Shown here in pieces: positions 32,797-43,129 of a stretch of 64,000 bases of DNA. Origin of the DNA: Nitrospirota bacterium (GTDB taxonomy: Bacteria; Nitrospirota; Thermodesulfovibrionia; Thermodesulfovibrionales; Dissulfurispiraceae). The stretch lies in NCBI GenBank assembly GCA_040754455.1, contig JBFMCP010000016.1, positions 1 through 64,000 of the forward strand. The letters are read 5' to 3'. The notes below the pieces were generated by a model. That model was not told where the DNA came from, made no database searches, and saw only the letters and a program-made list of their open reading frames with translations. The position numbers and the translations under genes were made by a program. Every line of letters begins with the position of its first letter. The stretch's first letter is position 1.

Positions 32797-34011
32797 ATGG
32801 ACAGGCTCTACAATATCCTCGCACAGTCACTCAAAGCAGTACGTGCGTTCAAATTGAGGACGCTCTTTTGCCTGGTCAGCGTCGCGCTCGGCATCGCTTC
32901 CATTACGATCATCGTCGCCGCAACCGAAGGCGCCTACAAAAAGGCTCTGGAGATCGTTGCCCGCTTTGGTCCTGACTCCTTGCTCGTCTTCGGCGGCAGC
33001 GAGGAGGCGCGTGCAACCGGCCAGCGGCCAAAGACCCTGACCCTTGAGGATATTGAGGCCGTAAAGCAAACGTTCCAGACTTCCTATGTAGCGATCCCCA
33101 TGGTTTCGGAAAGAGACGTTACTGTTGCATACAAAGAGAGGAAGTACCAGACCCAGGTCATCGGCTCGACCAGCGATTACAGCTACGCCTGGACCTGGCC
33201 GGTCATACAGGGGTCGGACTTTACCGAAGAGGATGTCAGGGGGTTGAGGAACAAGGGGTTGATCGGGCAATATCTCCTAAAGGAGCTGTTCGGTGATGAG
33301 GACCCGGTAGGCAAATATATTCTCGTTAAGGGGATCCCCGTACAGATCGTCGGTGTGCTCTCGGAGCGGGGCACCGCTGCTGCGGGGCAGAACCTTGATG
33401 ACCGCATCGTCATGCCCATCGGTACGGTCATGAGAAAGATACAGAACGAAACACGGTACATCTCCGCATTCAGAATACGGTTCATTGATCAGGAAAACCT
33501 TCCTGCTCATATCGAAGAACTCAGGTCTTTCCTGAGACAGCGCCACCGGATACCTCAAGGCGAACCAGATGACTTTACCATCGTCTCACCGAAAGAGATC
33601 GTCAGGTTTCTCGTCGCCCTCACCGGCTCCCTGGTGAGCTTTCTCGGCGTCGTCGGCATCATATCGCTCGTCGTCGCCGGTTTTGTCCTCGCTAATCTCT
33701 TTCTCCTCTCCGTCAGAGAGCGTACCTCGGAGATCGGCATCAGAAGGGCAGCAGGAGCAAAACGGCGGGATATCCTCATCCAGTTCCTCGGCGAAGCGGT
33801 AATCATTACCACCATGGGCGGCCTCTTCGGATTCCTGCTCGGTGTTCTTTCATCACGGTTGCTGATGCATCTCGCGGAATTTCCGATCCACTTCTCCTGG
33901 AGAGCCTTTGCCGCAGGGTTGCTCCTTTCCTGGGGCGTGGGGATCGGTTTCGGCCTGCAGCCGGCTCGGAGGGCGGCAAATCTCAAACCGATTGAGGCAA
34001 TACGCATGTGA
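32797..34011 (+). CDS. MacB/FtsX-like ABC permease
   Basis: SVRERTSEIGIRRAAGA...QFLGEA; periplasmic core plus 4-TM layout. Confidence 0.9.
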   Translation: MDRLYNILAQSLKAVRAFKLRTLFCLVSVALGIASITIIVAATEGAYKKALEIVARFGPDSLLVFGGSEEARATGQRPKTLTLEDIEAVKQTFQTSYVAIPMVSERDVTVAYKERKYQTQVIGSTSDYSYAWTWPVIQGSDFTEEDVRGLRNKGLIGQYLLKELFGDEDPVGKYILVKGIPVQIVGVLSERGTAAAGQNLDDRIVMPIGTVMRKIQNETRYISAFRIRFIDQENLPAHIEELRSFLRQRHRIPQGEPDDFTIVSPKEIVRFLVALTGSLVSFLGVVGIISLVVAGFVLANLFLLSVRERTSEIGIRRAAGAKRRDILIQFLGEAVIITTMGGLFGFLLGVLSSRLLMHLAEFPIHFSWRAFAAGLLLSWGVGIGFGLQPARRAANLKPIEAIRM

Positions 34012-34043
34012 AATTCCAAAATCCAAACCCGAAATTCCAAATA

Positions 34044-35264
34044 ATGATGAAACGCGCTCATATCAATCTTAAAATAGCGATGCGCTCATTGTGCAGCTTC
34101 AGACTGAGGACCGCTTTGGCAGTCCTCGGCGTCTTTCTGGGGACCTTTTCCTTGATCGTCGTCTCGAACCTTTCAGGGGCCCTCGCAAAAAAGACGGAGC
34201 TCGAAGCATCGAGCCTCGGTAAAAACCTGCTCATCGTGCGGAGCGGCGTTGTGCGCAGGGTGGGCTCGGGGGTGCGTCTGCTCAGCGAAGCGACCACGCT
34301 CAAGCCGGCGGATGCCGATGCCCTGCGGAGCTCGCTCTTCATCAACGATATCTCGCCCTCGGCCGGTAAGTCCTTTCCTGTGCGGTACCGGCATACCACC
34401 CTCACGTCGGTGCTCGTCACCGGTGCAGTACCGAATTACTCTGCAGTCCGGAACTTTCAGGTAAAAGAAGGCAGCTTTATCACCGAACAGGACAACCGGA
34501 ACCTCAATAAGGTCGCGGTGCTCGGAAGCAGGGTTGCTGAAAAGCTTTTCGGTACCGAAAGCCCCCTGGGCAAACACATACTCATCTTCAGGGTTCCCTG
34601 CCAGGTCATCGGCATTATGGAAGAAAAAGGCGTGGACATCGCGGGGATCGACCAGGATAACCAGATATTCATTCCTCTCTCCACCTATTTGCGGCGGTTC
34701 GTCAACAAGGATTTCATAAACGCCATTTATGTACAGGCGGTCGACGAGCGGACCCTTCCCTCTGCGAAGTCTGAAATAGAAAACATCCTGCGGAAAAGGC
34801 ATAAGATCGGCCCCGGACAGAAAGACGATTTCACGGTCATCGATCTAAAAGACGTTATGGCGCTGAAGACGCAGGCCATGTCGATGATTACCGTACTCGG
34901 CCGCATCGCGGCAGGCGTCTCCTTCCTTATCGGCGGGCTCGGCATCCTCTCGATCATGATCCTCATTGTCAATGAACGGAGAGTCGAGATCGGCATCAGA
35001 AGGGCCGTTGGCTCAAGGAAGCGGGATATCATCCTCCAGTTCCTCATGGAAGCGTCGTTCATCTCCTTCAGTGGAGGAGCGATCGGCGTGGCAGCAGGCT
35101 TCTTGGCGAGCATTATTATCTTCCTCGCCTCCGACCTGCCTTTCAGAATATCCCTGCCGGGACTCGTTATAGCCTTCTTCGCTTCAGTCACCGTCGGCGT
35201 CCTGGCAGGAATATACCCCTCTAAAAGGGCCATCATGATTCAGCCGATCGATATCATAAAATAA
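34044..35264 (+). CDS. MacB/FtsX-like ABC permease (paralogue)
   Basis: GGLGILSIM..VNERRVEIGIRRAVG..QFLMEA. Start moved past the heptamer repeats at 34011-34043. Confidence 0.88.
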   Translation: MMKRAHINLKIAMRSLCSFRLRTALAVLGVFLGTFSLIVVSNLSGALAKKTELEASSLGKNLLIVRSGVVRRVGSGVRLLSEATTLKPADADALRSSLFINDISPSAGKSFPVRYRHTTLTSVLVTGAVPNYSAVRNFQVKEGSFITEQDNRNLNKVAVLGSRVAEKLFGTESPLGKHILIFRVPCQVIGIMEEKGVDIAGIDQDNQIFIPLSTYLRRFVNKDFINAIYVQAVDERTLPSAKSEIENILRKRHKIGPGQKDDFTVIDLKDVMALKTQAMSMITVLGRIAAGVSFLIGGLGILSIMILIVNERRVEIGIRRAVGSRKRDIILQFLMEASFISFSGGAIGVAAGFLASIIIFLASDLPFRISLPGLVIAFFASVTVGVLAGIYPSKRAIMIQPIDIIK

Positions 35265-35324
35265 AAGTGAGAAGTATAAAGGCAGCATCGAAGGTAGCGT
35301 CGGGTGAATATAAAATAGAAACTC

Positions 35325-36194
35325 TTACTTCCTCCTTCTTACTTCCTGTTTGTCCTTTATCGTCAGATAGCCCGAAAAAAGGATCATGATCCCGCCGATG
35401 ACGGTCTTGAACGTGACTGCCTCGCCGAGAAACACCACGCCGAGCATGATCGCGCAGACCGGCTCGAGGTAGCCGAGTATGGCTGCCCTGTTCGAGGTCA
35501 CCAGCCCCAGCCCTTTGAAATAGAGCACCGGAGCGATAGTAGAGTGGACAATTCCCATTGCGGCAAATATCCAGAAATCGCTCACCGCCACTGTCCCCGT
35601 GACACGTACAAAGGGCAGGAGCAGAAGCGCGATCATGCTGTTCTGGAAAAAGGTCATCACCAAGGGATGAAAGTTCTGCGCGAGGACCCTGAAGGTAATG
35701 ATCAGCACCGCATAGGCGAACCCTGAAAAGAGTCCTGAGAGGATGCCGCCGGTATTCTCGTCACCCGCCCTTACCAGACGTATAAAATCCGGGACCGAAA
35801 CGCCGAGCATGATCCACAATCCAACGGTCGCCAGCGCTACCGAAACGAGCACCCTTGCCGTCAGTCTCTCGCGTAGGAAAACAGGCGCGAGAAAGGCGAC
35901 AATGACCGGCGCCGTATAATGGGTCAGCACCGCATTGGCAATGGAGGTCGTTTTATAGGCATAGAAAAACGAAAACGTATTGATCAAACTGATAGGCCCC
36001 ATAATGAGGAGATAGAAAAAGGCCTTTCCCCTCGGCACCGTCGCCCTGAATTCTTTATTGATGAAGAGCAGCCCGATCAGTACGGTGGAGATGAGATTGG
36101 AGGCGAAAATCAGGATCTGCACCGGCATTGATGAGAGCCTGATCGCGATACCGAGCGAACTCCAGAGCACTATGGCTGAAAGAATGTAATACAT
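35325..36194 (-). CDS. EamA/DMT family transporter
   Basis: About 10 TM segments; HYTAP...FLRE and YLEPV...FLGE motifs. Confidence 0.9.
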   Translation of the reverse strand: MYYILSAIVLWSSLGIAIRLSSMPVQILIFASNLISTVLIGLLFINKEFRATVPRGKAFFYLLIMGPISLINTFSFFYAYKTTSIANAVLTHYTAPVIVAFLAPVFLRERLTARVLVSVALATVGLWIMLGVSVPDFIRLVRAGDENTGGILSGLFSGFAYAVLIITFRVLAQNFHPLVMTFFQNSMIALLLLPFVRVTGTVAVSDFWIFAAMGIVHSTIAPVLYFKGLGLVTSNRAAILGYLEPVCAIMLGVVFLGEAVTFKTVIGGIMILFSGYLTIKDKQEVRRRK

Positions 36195-36326
36195 TAAGAA
36201 CTATATTAACAGTTACAGTTGCTCTGTTAATATAGAATTTATACTGCAAAGACAGTGCCCCTCCCTGCCGTTGCCTGCTTTTTCAAAAACCACACGCGCA
36301 CAGTCGGATGCGTCCATCTTAAACTC

Positions 36327-37487
36327 CTACGTGATACTTACACGCTGCATCTGTTCCAGAATAAACGCCCTCACCTCTTTGTGCGACGGCTTGTCCATCA
36401 TATACGTTCCATTATCCAGGCCCGGGACAAGGATATCCTCATATCTGCCGCCGCACTCGCAGAGGTACTGCTCATCGTTGAGGGGAACGATCATGCCCTT
36501 CGAGCAAGCCGGGCAGCGCAGCACCCGTTTACTGCCTGACCACTTCCCTCTCTTGGCGAGCGGCTTACCGTCCACCTCTATAATATCCATTGCGTAGTCA
36601 ATGACCGGCGCGTTGCTGATCGAGGTGCCGATGCCGTAGCCGTCCACCACCGGATTGAGCACGGGGACATCCTCTTCCTTGATCCCGCCGCTCACATAGA
36701 ATTTCACATGCCCGTATCCCCTCATGTTCATCTCCCACCGGCACTCCTCGAGGATACGATAGAAATTCCCCCGCCGCGATCCGGGGGTATCAAACCTTAC
36801 GGCAAACAACTTCTCGCCGAGCGCCCCGGCGACATTAAGGCATTCGAATTTTTCATCCAGGAACGTATCGATGAGCGCCACACGCTTGAACTTCGGCTCG
36901 ATGATCTCATCATACGCTTTCGCCGCTTCAACCGTGGAGCCCATGGAGATGATCAGTGCATGCGGCATCGTACCCATCGGGTCTTCGCCGATAATCTGGC
37001 CCGATTTCACCACGGCAACTCCGTCGCAGCCGCCGATATACGCGTTCCTTTCTATCATGGGCGCAAGGATCGGATGCATCCTCCTGGCACCGAAACTGAT
37101 GACCGGCCGCTCACCCGCACGCTTTTTGAACCGTGCCGCTTTTGTCGCGATCCCCGATGCCTGGCAGATCAGACCGAGAATCGCGGTCTCATACACACAG
37201 AAGTCCTGGTACCGCCCTTCGATCTCCATGACCGGCTCGTAGGGATAGAAAATGGTCCCCTCCCGCATCACCCTTACCCGTATCGGCAGGTGCTGCATCA
37301 GGTAGAGCGCCTCATCCAGCCCTGCAAAGACGGCCCACTCATATCCCTGAGGAAAGCTCTTTGCGATAAATTCGGCACGTACAACGGGATTGATTCCCCT
37401 CCCTTTCAGAATCTTCATGGTGCGTTCGAAATAGACATCCGTAATCTTTCCGCTGATGACCTCGTCACTGCCTGCAGTATGAAACAT
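36327..37487 (-). CDS. pncB: nicotinate phosphoribosyltransferase (archaeal-like short type)
   Basis: TDVYF, SFGARRMHP, GTMPHA, VRFDTP, VSGG and GIGT motifs. Confidence 0.9.
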   Translation of the reverse strand: MFHTAGSDEVISGKITDVYFERTMKILKGRGINPVVRAEFIAKSFPQGYEWAVFAGLDEALYLMQHLPIRVRVMREGTIFYPYEPVMEIEGRYQDFCVYETAILGLICQASGIATKAARFKKRAGERPVISFGARRMHPILAPMIERNAYIGGCDGVAVVKSGQIIGEDPMGTMPHALIISMGSTVEAAKAYDEIIEPKFKRVALIDTFLDEKFECLNVAGALGEKLFAVRFDTPGSRRGNFYRILEECRWEMNMRGYGHVKFYVSGGIKEEDVPVLNPVVDGYGIGTSISNAPVIDYAMDIIEVDGKPLAKRGKWSGSKRVLRCPACSKGMIVPLNDEQYLCECGGRYEDILVPGLDNGTYMMDKPSHKEVRAFILEQMQRVSIT

Positions 37488-37519
37488 GGCAACACCTCCG
37501 GAAGTAGGTATGGGACCGC

Positions 37520-37546
37520 TTTACTTTTCGATCGAAACGCCGATAT
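37520..37546 (+). promoter_or_regulatory. putative sigma28 promoter of HD-GYP gene
   Basis: TTTA-N15-GCCGATAT, 65 nt upstream of the ATG; same -35 variant as the motC promoter. Confidence 0.5.
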
Positions 37547-37610
37547 GTATATGATATGAAGGAACTGCCCGTGAAGCAACTCAAAAAGGGCGAATTCAAA
37601 ACACTAGCAC

Positions 37611-38852
37611 ATGCCGACGAAATATAAAGAAATTGAAGAGCCCGATGTACCGGTCCCGGTAGAGCACCTGATCGTCGGCACCCGTCTGCCCTGCACCATC
37701 TTCTGCATCGACGACGGTACTACCAAGCCGCTCTTCAACAGGGATATGCTCTTCACCGGCATCTCCCTCAATATGCTCAAGGAGAAGAACATTACCGAAG
37801 TTTATATCTATATGAAGGATACACCGCTCTTCGAGCAGTATCTCTCGAAAAACAAGACGCTGCGGGAGCCCCGCGACACGGACAGCAGCGCCGCTTTCAA
37901 AGAATATGCCTTCTACAAGGAGCAATACCATCAGATCGATAGCACCCTCATCATCCCCGGCACCAAGATACACTTCAGTCTCTCCATGCTGGACAAGTTC
38001 AGCTTCACCCCCCTGATCGAGGCATCTCCGGATGCACCAGCGGAAGTGGGTGAGCGCATCGCAACGGTGATGGGCGATATGGTTATCAAGAAATCTGATA
38101 TTCCCCTCTACTACGAATACCTCAATGCGCTCTGGCAGTACACCGACTCCCTCGATACGGACCGGCAGAAAGTCAAAGCCGTCGCCCTCAAGGAAACGGC
38201 GAAGATCATCGTAAAAGACCTCATCGACGATCCGCGGAGCGGAGAGAAGCTGAAAAAGATAGGGCCGGTCGTGAGCGGGATGATCGACTCGATCATGAAG
38301 AACAAAGATACGATTTACGATCTGCTTTCGTTGAAAGGCTACGACTACTACACCTACACCCATTCGGTGAATGTGGCGGCGCTCGCGATCAGTCTCGGGA
38401 TTGCGATCGGCCTGAAGCGCGCAGAGGTCGAGCGACTGGGCATCGGGGCCATGCTCCACGACATCGGCAAAAGCGTCATCTCCCACGAGATACTGCACAA
38501 GCAGGGGAAACTGGATGACCGAGAATATCGGATCATCCAGAGCCATGTCATCGAAGGGGAGCGAATCCTCCGGGCCCACAAGGAATTTCCCGAGGAGGCC
38601 TTCAGCGCCGTCCTGCAGCACCATGAAAAGCTGTCGGGCAGAGGGTATCCGTTCAGGCTTTCAGGAAAAGAGATCACCCCCTTCGGCAGGATTACGGCCA
38701 TTGCCGACTGTTACGACGCCCTCACCACCCGGCGGCCCTACAAGCCCGCCCTCACCCCCTTTTACGCCCTCTCCGTTATCGCCAAAGAGACCGGAAACTA
38801 CGACCCCGATCTCCTGAAGATATTCATCAAGATGCTCGGCAAGATCAAATAG
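37611..38852 (+). CDS. HD-GYP c-di-GMP phosphodiesterase 1
   Basis: YTYTHSVNV, LHDIGK, HHEK..GRGYP and IAD.YDALT..RPYK motifs. Confidence 0.93.
   Translation: MPTKYKEIEEPDVPVPVEHLIVGTRLPCTIFCIDDGTTKPLFNRDMLFTGISLNMLKEKNITEVYIYMKDTPLFEQYLSKNKTLREPRDTDSSAAFKEYAFYKEQYHQIDSTLIIPGTKIHFSLSMLDKFSFTPLIEASPDAPAEVGERIATVMGDMVIKKSDIPLYYEYLNALWQYTDSLDTDRQKVKAVALKETAKIIVKDLIDDPRSGEKLKKIGPVVSGMIDSIMKNKDTIYDLLSLKGYDYYTYTHSVNVAALAISLGIAIGLKRAEVERLGIGAMLHDIGKSVISHEILHKQGKLDDREYRIIQSHVIEGERILRAHKEFPEEAFSAVLQHHEKLSGRGYPFRLSGKEITPFGRITAIADCYDALTTRRPYKPALTPFYALSVIAKETGNYDPDLLKIFIKMLGKIK
38336..38851 (+). repeat. 516-bp direct repeat, copy 1
   Basis: Matches 39791-40306 (offset 1455); shadow-frame ORF translations of both copies are identical. 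Confidence 0.92.
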
Positions 38853-38975
38853 TGATGTTTACAATCGACCATAAACCCAGAATTAACATGATCCGTACTA
38901 ATAGCAACTATCGCGGTAAAAGAATCCACATAAATCACGATAGTAATATAAACGCTTAGCAGGATTTCCAGAGAG

Positions 38976-40307
38976 ATGCTGACAAAGAGCTCAAGAATCA
39001 ATATACAATCCGAACTCGACAGGCTCACCCCTCTTGAGGTGGACAAGCTGTTAGAGGGAAGGCGCCTTCCTTTCGATATTGTAATCAAGGATAGGGGCGT
39101 AGTGAAGCCTCTTTTCAATAAGGGTATGGTCTTTACCGCGGTGGCAAAGGAGATGCTGAGGGAAAAGGGCATCTCGGAAGTGTTCATCACAATAAAAGAT
39201 GCGTCCCTCCTCGAGGATTACCTCGCAGAGACCAAGACCCAGAAGACATCCTTTTACGATGACCCTCTTGCCTTCAAGAACTATTCATTCTACAAGGACC
39301 AGCACCACCAGATCGACCGCACCTTCCTTATTCCCGGCACCAAGATAACATTCAGCCTCTTCATCCTCAACAAACTCAACTTTTCCCCCCTCGTGCATGC
39401 CTCGCCCCTCACGCCCGGGGAAATCAATGAGCTGCTGCTGAACGAAGAGGGAGATATCGTTATAAAAAAATCGGATATTCCGCTATACAACCAATACCTC
39501 GAATCCCTCTCCACCTCTGATACGCTCTCGCAGGAGGACCGAACAAAGGCGTTACGTGCCACGGTCCGTGAAAGAGCGAAGATCGTCATAAGAGACATTC
39601 TCGAATCTCCGGAAGGTCCCAGGAAACTAAAGGGGCTCGGTGCCAAGGAAAAGGCCAAAATCGTGATGAGAGAACTTCTCAACCACCCCGAACGGGGAGA
39701 AAAGATTGAAGAGCTGAAAAAGATTCTGAGCACTATGATCGACAACACACTTCAGGACAGGGACGCTGTGTACGACCTGATCTCTCTGGGAGGCTACGAC
39801 TACTACACCTACACCCATTCGGTGAATGTGGCGGCGCTCGCGATCAGTCTCGGGATTGCGATCGGCCTGAAGCGCGCAGAGGTCGAGCGACTGGGCATCG
39901 GGGCCATGCTCCACGACATCGGCAAAAGCGTCATCTCCCACGAGATACTGCACAAGCAGGGGAAACTGGATGACCGAGAATATCGGATCATCCAGAGCCA
40001 TGTCATCGAAGGGGAGCGAATCCTCCGGGCCCACAAGGAATTTCCCGAGGAGGCCTTCAGCGCCGTCCTGCAGCACCATGAAAAGCTGTCGGGCAGAGGG
40101 TATCCGTTCAGGCTTTCAGGAAAAGAGATCACCCCCTTCGGCAGGATTACGGCCATTGCCGACTGTTACGACGCCCTCACCACCCGGCGGCCCTACAAGC
40201 CCGCCCTCACCCCCTTTTACGCCCTCTCCGTTATCGCCAAAGAGACCGGAAACTACGACCCCGATCTCCTGAAGATATTCATCAAGATGCTCGGCAAGAT
40301 CAAATAA
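38976..40307 (+). CDS. HD-GYP c-di-GMP phosphodiesterase 2
   Basis: Same HD-GYP domain as gene 1; homologous but diverged N-terminus. Confidence 0.93.
   Translation: MLTKSSRINIQSELDRLTPLEVDKLLEGRRLPFDIVIKDRGVVKPLFNKGMVFTAVAKEMLREKGISEVFITIKDASLLEDYLAETKTQKTSFYDDPLAFKNYSFYKDQHHQIDRTFLIPGTKITFSLFILNKLNFSPLVHASPLTPGEINELLLNEEGDIVIKKSDIPLYNQYLESLSTSDTLSQEDRTKALRATVRERAKIVIRDILESPEGPRKLKGLGAKEKAKIVMRELLNHPERGEKIEELKKILSTMIDNTLQDRDAVYDLISLGGYDYYTYTHSVNVAALAISLGIAIGLKRAEVERLGIGAMLHDIGKSVISHEILHKQGKLDDREYRIIQSHVIEGERILRAHKEFPEEAFSAVLQHHEKLSGRGYPFRLSGKEITPFGRITAIADCYDALTTRRPYKPALTPFYALSVIAKETGNYDPDLLKIFIKMLGKIK
39791..40306 (+). repeat. 516-bp direct repeat, copy 2
   Basis: Matches 38336-38851. Confidence 0.92.
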
Positions 40308-40624
40308 TCAGATCTGATGCCCTACAGGCGGGAATGGGTGAATAATATGAGAAATAGGAAGTAACGCCAGCTATAATACCCCTTTCGCGGTGAAGGCATG
40401 AAGGGGTGCGAAAAGAAGCTTTATAGCGCTTCCTTATTCTTCCACCAAGACTTCAAACTCTTACTTACAGTTATTTAGTCGAAAAGTGTTGCAAATCTAC
40501 TCCCCTCTGTACCACACAGTTCTCAAGCAATAAGGCCTTTCAAAACGAGATTATTATAATTTGAGTCAATACAGTATAATCTATTTATACGTCTTATACA
40601 TCTATAGGACCGGCAGGTTTCAAA

Positions 40625-41881
40625 ATGGATTTATTTGATCAGACACAGGATATCTCGGACGCTCCCCAGCGCAGCACTGCGCCGCTCGCCTTTCGCATGG
40701 CCCCACGGACGATCGATGAATATGTCGGCCAGGAGCATATCATCGGACAGGGAAAGCTCCTGCGGAGGGCGATCGAAGCGGACAGGATTACTTCGCTCAT
40801 TCTCTTCGGTCCTCCCGGTACCGGAAAAACAGCACTCGCCAGAGTCATCGCAGCAAAGACAAAGGCGCACTTCGAATGGCTCAATGCAGCGACCGCGGGA
40901 CTTGATGATCTCAGGAAGGTAATCCAGTCGGCAAAAATGCGGAGGGCCAACGGCGTGCGCACGATCCTCTTCCTCGATGAGATCCATCGGTTCAACAAGC
41001 TCCAGCAGGATGTGCTCCTGCCCGATGTCGAGGAAGGCAATGTGATACTCATCGCCGCAACGGTGGAGAATCCCTTCTTCTACGTCAATGCGGCCCTGCT
41101 CTCGAGAAGCCAGGTCTTTGAGCTGAAACCGCTCACCGGAAAAGATATCGAGAAGATACTCTCGAACGCCCTGCAGGACAAAGAGCGCGGGCTCGGGGAG
41201 TTCGCCATAACCATCGATACCGATGCTTTATCCCACCTTGCCGCCATGGCTGATGGCGATGCACGGAAAGCGCTCTCCGCCCTCGAGATCGCGGCGCTGA
41301 CGACGCCGCCTGATGCAAGCGGAACGGTCCATATTACCCGGCAGGTAGCAGAGGAATCCATTCAGAAAAAAGCCGTAGTGTACGACAAGAAGGGAGACCA
41401 GCACTACGATACCATTTCGGCCTTTATCAAGAGCATGCGCGGCTCTGACCCCGATGCTTCCGTTTATTATCTCGCGAAGATGCTCTACGCCGGTGAGGAT
41501 CCGCGGTTTATCGCGCGGCGGATCGTCATATGCGCTTCCGAGGACGTGGGGGATGCCGATCCTACGGCGCTGCTCGTCGCCATTGCAGCGCTGAGGGCCG
41601 TGGAATTCGTCGGGATGCCGGAGGCGAGAATACCGCTTGCGCAGGCGACCATCCATATCGCCAACGCCCCGAAGAGCAACGCCTGCTACAAAGCAGTCGA
41701 AGCCGCCCTGCACGACGTTGCACAGGAGGAGACCATGCCGGTCCCCGATCATCTGAAAAATGCACCTCACCCCGGGATGAAGGAATTGGGGCGGGGAAAA
41801 GGCTACCAATATCCCCATGACTACGGCGGTTCCGTAGAACAAGAATATCTCATCAAGAGGAAGAAGTACTATAACCCTTAA
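40625..41881 (+). CDS. rarA: replication-associated recombination protein RarA/MgsA
   Basis: [39 protein letters not shown] and YQYPHD motifs. Confidence 0.95.
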   Translation: MDLFDQTQDISDAPQRSTAPLAFRMAPRTIDEYVGQEHIIGQGKLLRRAIEADRITSLILFGPPGTGKTALARVIAAKTKAHFEWLNAATAGLDDLRKVIQSAKMRRANGVRTILFLDEIHRFNKLQQDVLLPDVEEGNVILIAATVENPFFYVNAALLSRSQVFELKPLTGKDIEKILSNALQDKERGLGEFAITIDTDALSHLAAMADGDARKALSALEIAALTTPPDASGTVHITRQVAEESIQKKAVVYDKKGDQHYDTISAFIKSMRGSDPDASVYYLAKMLYAGEDPRFIARRIVICASEDVGDADPTALLVAIAALRAVEFVGMPEARIPLAQATIHIANAPKSNACYKAVEAALHDVAQEETMPVPDHLKNAPHPGMKELGRGKGYQYPHDYGGSVEQEYLIKRKKYYNP

Positions 41882-41900
41882 CCTCCAACGAGGTGAACTT

Positions 41901-42755
41901 ATGAAACGTACTCTTTATTTCCCGCTTATGCTCATGCTCCTTTCCCTGCTCGTCACCCTGCCGGCAGCGGGCCGTAGCTACCAGCGGATTTTAAGAATAA
42001 GCGACGGGAAGGTCATTACCTTTGCACAGATGATCAAGGATATTAAAGAGGCTGATCTCGTATTCGTCGGCGAGAACCATGACAACAAAAGACATCATGA
42101 AGCACAGCTGGATGTTATAAAATCGCTGGGGGAGACCGATACGCCTGTCGCCATCGGTCTCGAGATGTTCAGGGCCAACAATCAGCAGACGCTGCATGAG
42201 TGGGTCACCGGAAAAGTACCTTTGGATGATTTCCTGAGGACATACTATGACAACTGGAATTTCCCCTGGCCCACCTACAGCGCCATATTTCTTTATGCAA
42301 AAGAGCATCGCATCCCCCTGATCGGCCTCAATATCTCCCGCGCAATCACCCAGAAAGTCTCGGAGCACGGCTTTGCATCTCTTTCCCCCGCAGAACGGAG
42401 AGAGCTGCCGCCCGATATCTCCTGTGACATCGACGAACAATATATGGACTTTATCCGCAGGGCCTATGAGGCCCATGCCCACGCGCAGAACTCGAAGTCC
42501 TTTGTACGCTTCTGCGAGGCCCAGATGCTCTGGGATAAAACCATGGCATGGCATCTCATGGGCTTCCTCAAAGGCAACCCTGACAGGACCGTCGTTGTCC
42601 TTGCCGGGACAGGCCATGCATGGAAGCGAGGTATCCCGGAGCAGATCCGGAGACAATCGAACTACAACTACAAGGTAATTCTCCCCCATATCCCCGGCCG
42701 CATCGAACAAGGCCGCATCACCTCACATGACGCCGATTATATTCTCCTTGATTAA
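41901..42755 (+). CDS. ChaN/DUF399-family exported protein
   Basis: Signal peptide; VFVGENHDN..HH..QL, IGLEMF, AQ.LWD..MA and LAGTGH motifs. Confidence 0.8.
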   Translation: MKRTLYFPLMLMLLSLLVTLPAAGRSYQRILRISDGKVITFAQMIKDIKEADLVFVGENHDNKRHHEAQLDVIKSLGETDTPVAIGLEMFRANNQQTLHEWVTGKVPLDDFLRTYYDNWNFPWPTYSAIFLYAKEHRIPLIGLNISRAITQKVSEHGFASLSPAERRELPPDISCDIDEQYMDFIRRAYEAHAHAQNSKSFVRFCEAQMLWDKTMAWHLMGFLKGNPDRTVVVLAGTGHAWKRGIPEQIRRQSNYNYKVILPHIPGRIEQGRITSHDADYILLD

Positions 42756-43129
42756 TATGAACGTAAAAGAAGATGGAGAGTTGGGGCACTGTAAAGACAT
42801 CCGAAACATAAGTACCCATTACTCCAGCCCCCGGTACTCCATTTCTCTTCCCCCCTGCAATCTGTTAAAGGACACCCGCTCGCCATCACCAGCACCCCTG
42901 CATCCTCATGACCGGAACAGTTGCGGGAATATTCTACCGCTGAGCTGCCCGTCTTCCATAAGCTAATGATTATCCATACATTTATGTTGACGCCCCCTCT
43001 GCATCGTGATAAGTTTGTAGTATGAACCTGCTTCCGAACCGTAAACTTTTCTTCAGCGCCGCTCTTGCACCACCGTCGACTGCAAAGTGCGTAGTCATGG
43101 TGTAAAGAAAGGCGCTGCCCGGAGGAACA

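Noticed and set aside
38336..40306. Diversity-generating retroelement TR/VR pair
   Set aside because: No adenine-specific mismatches, too long, and no reverse transcriptase in the window.
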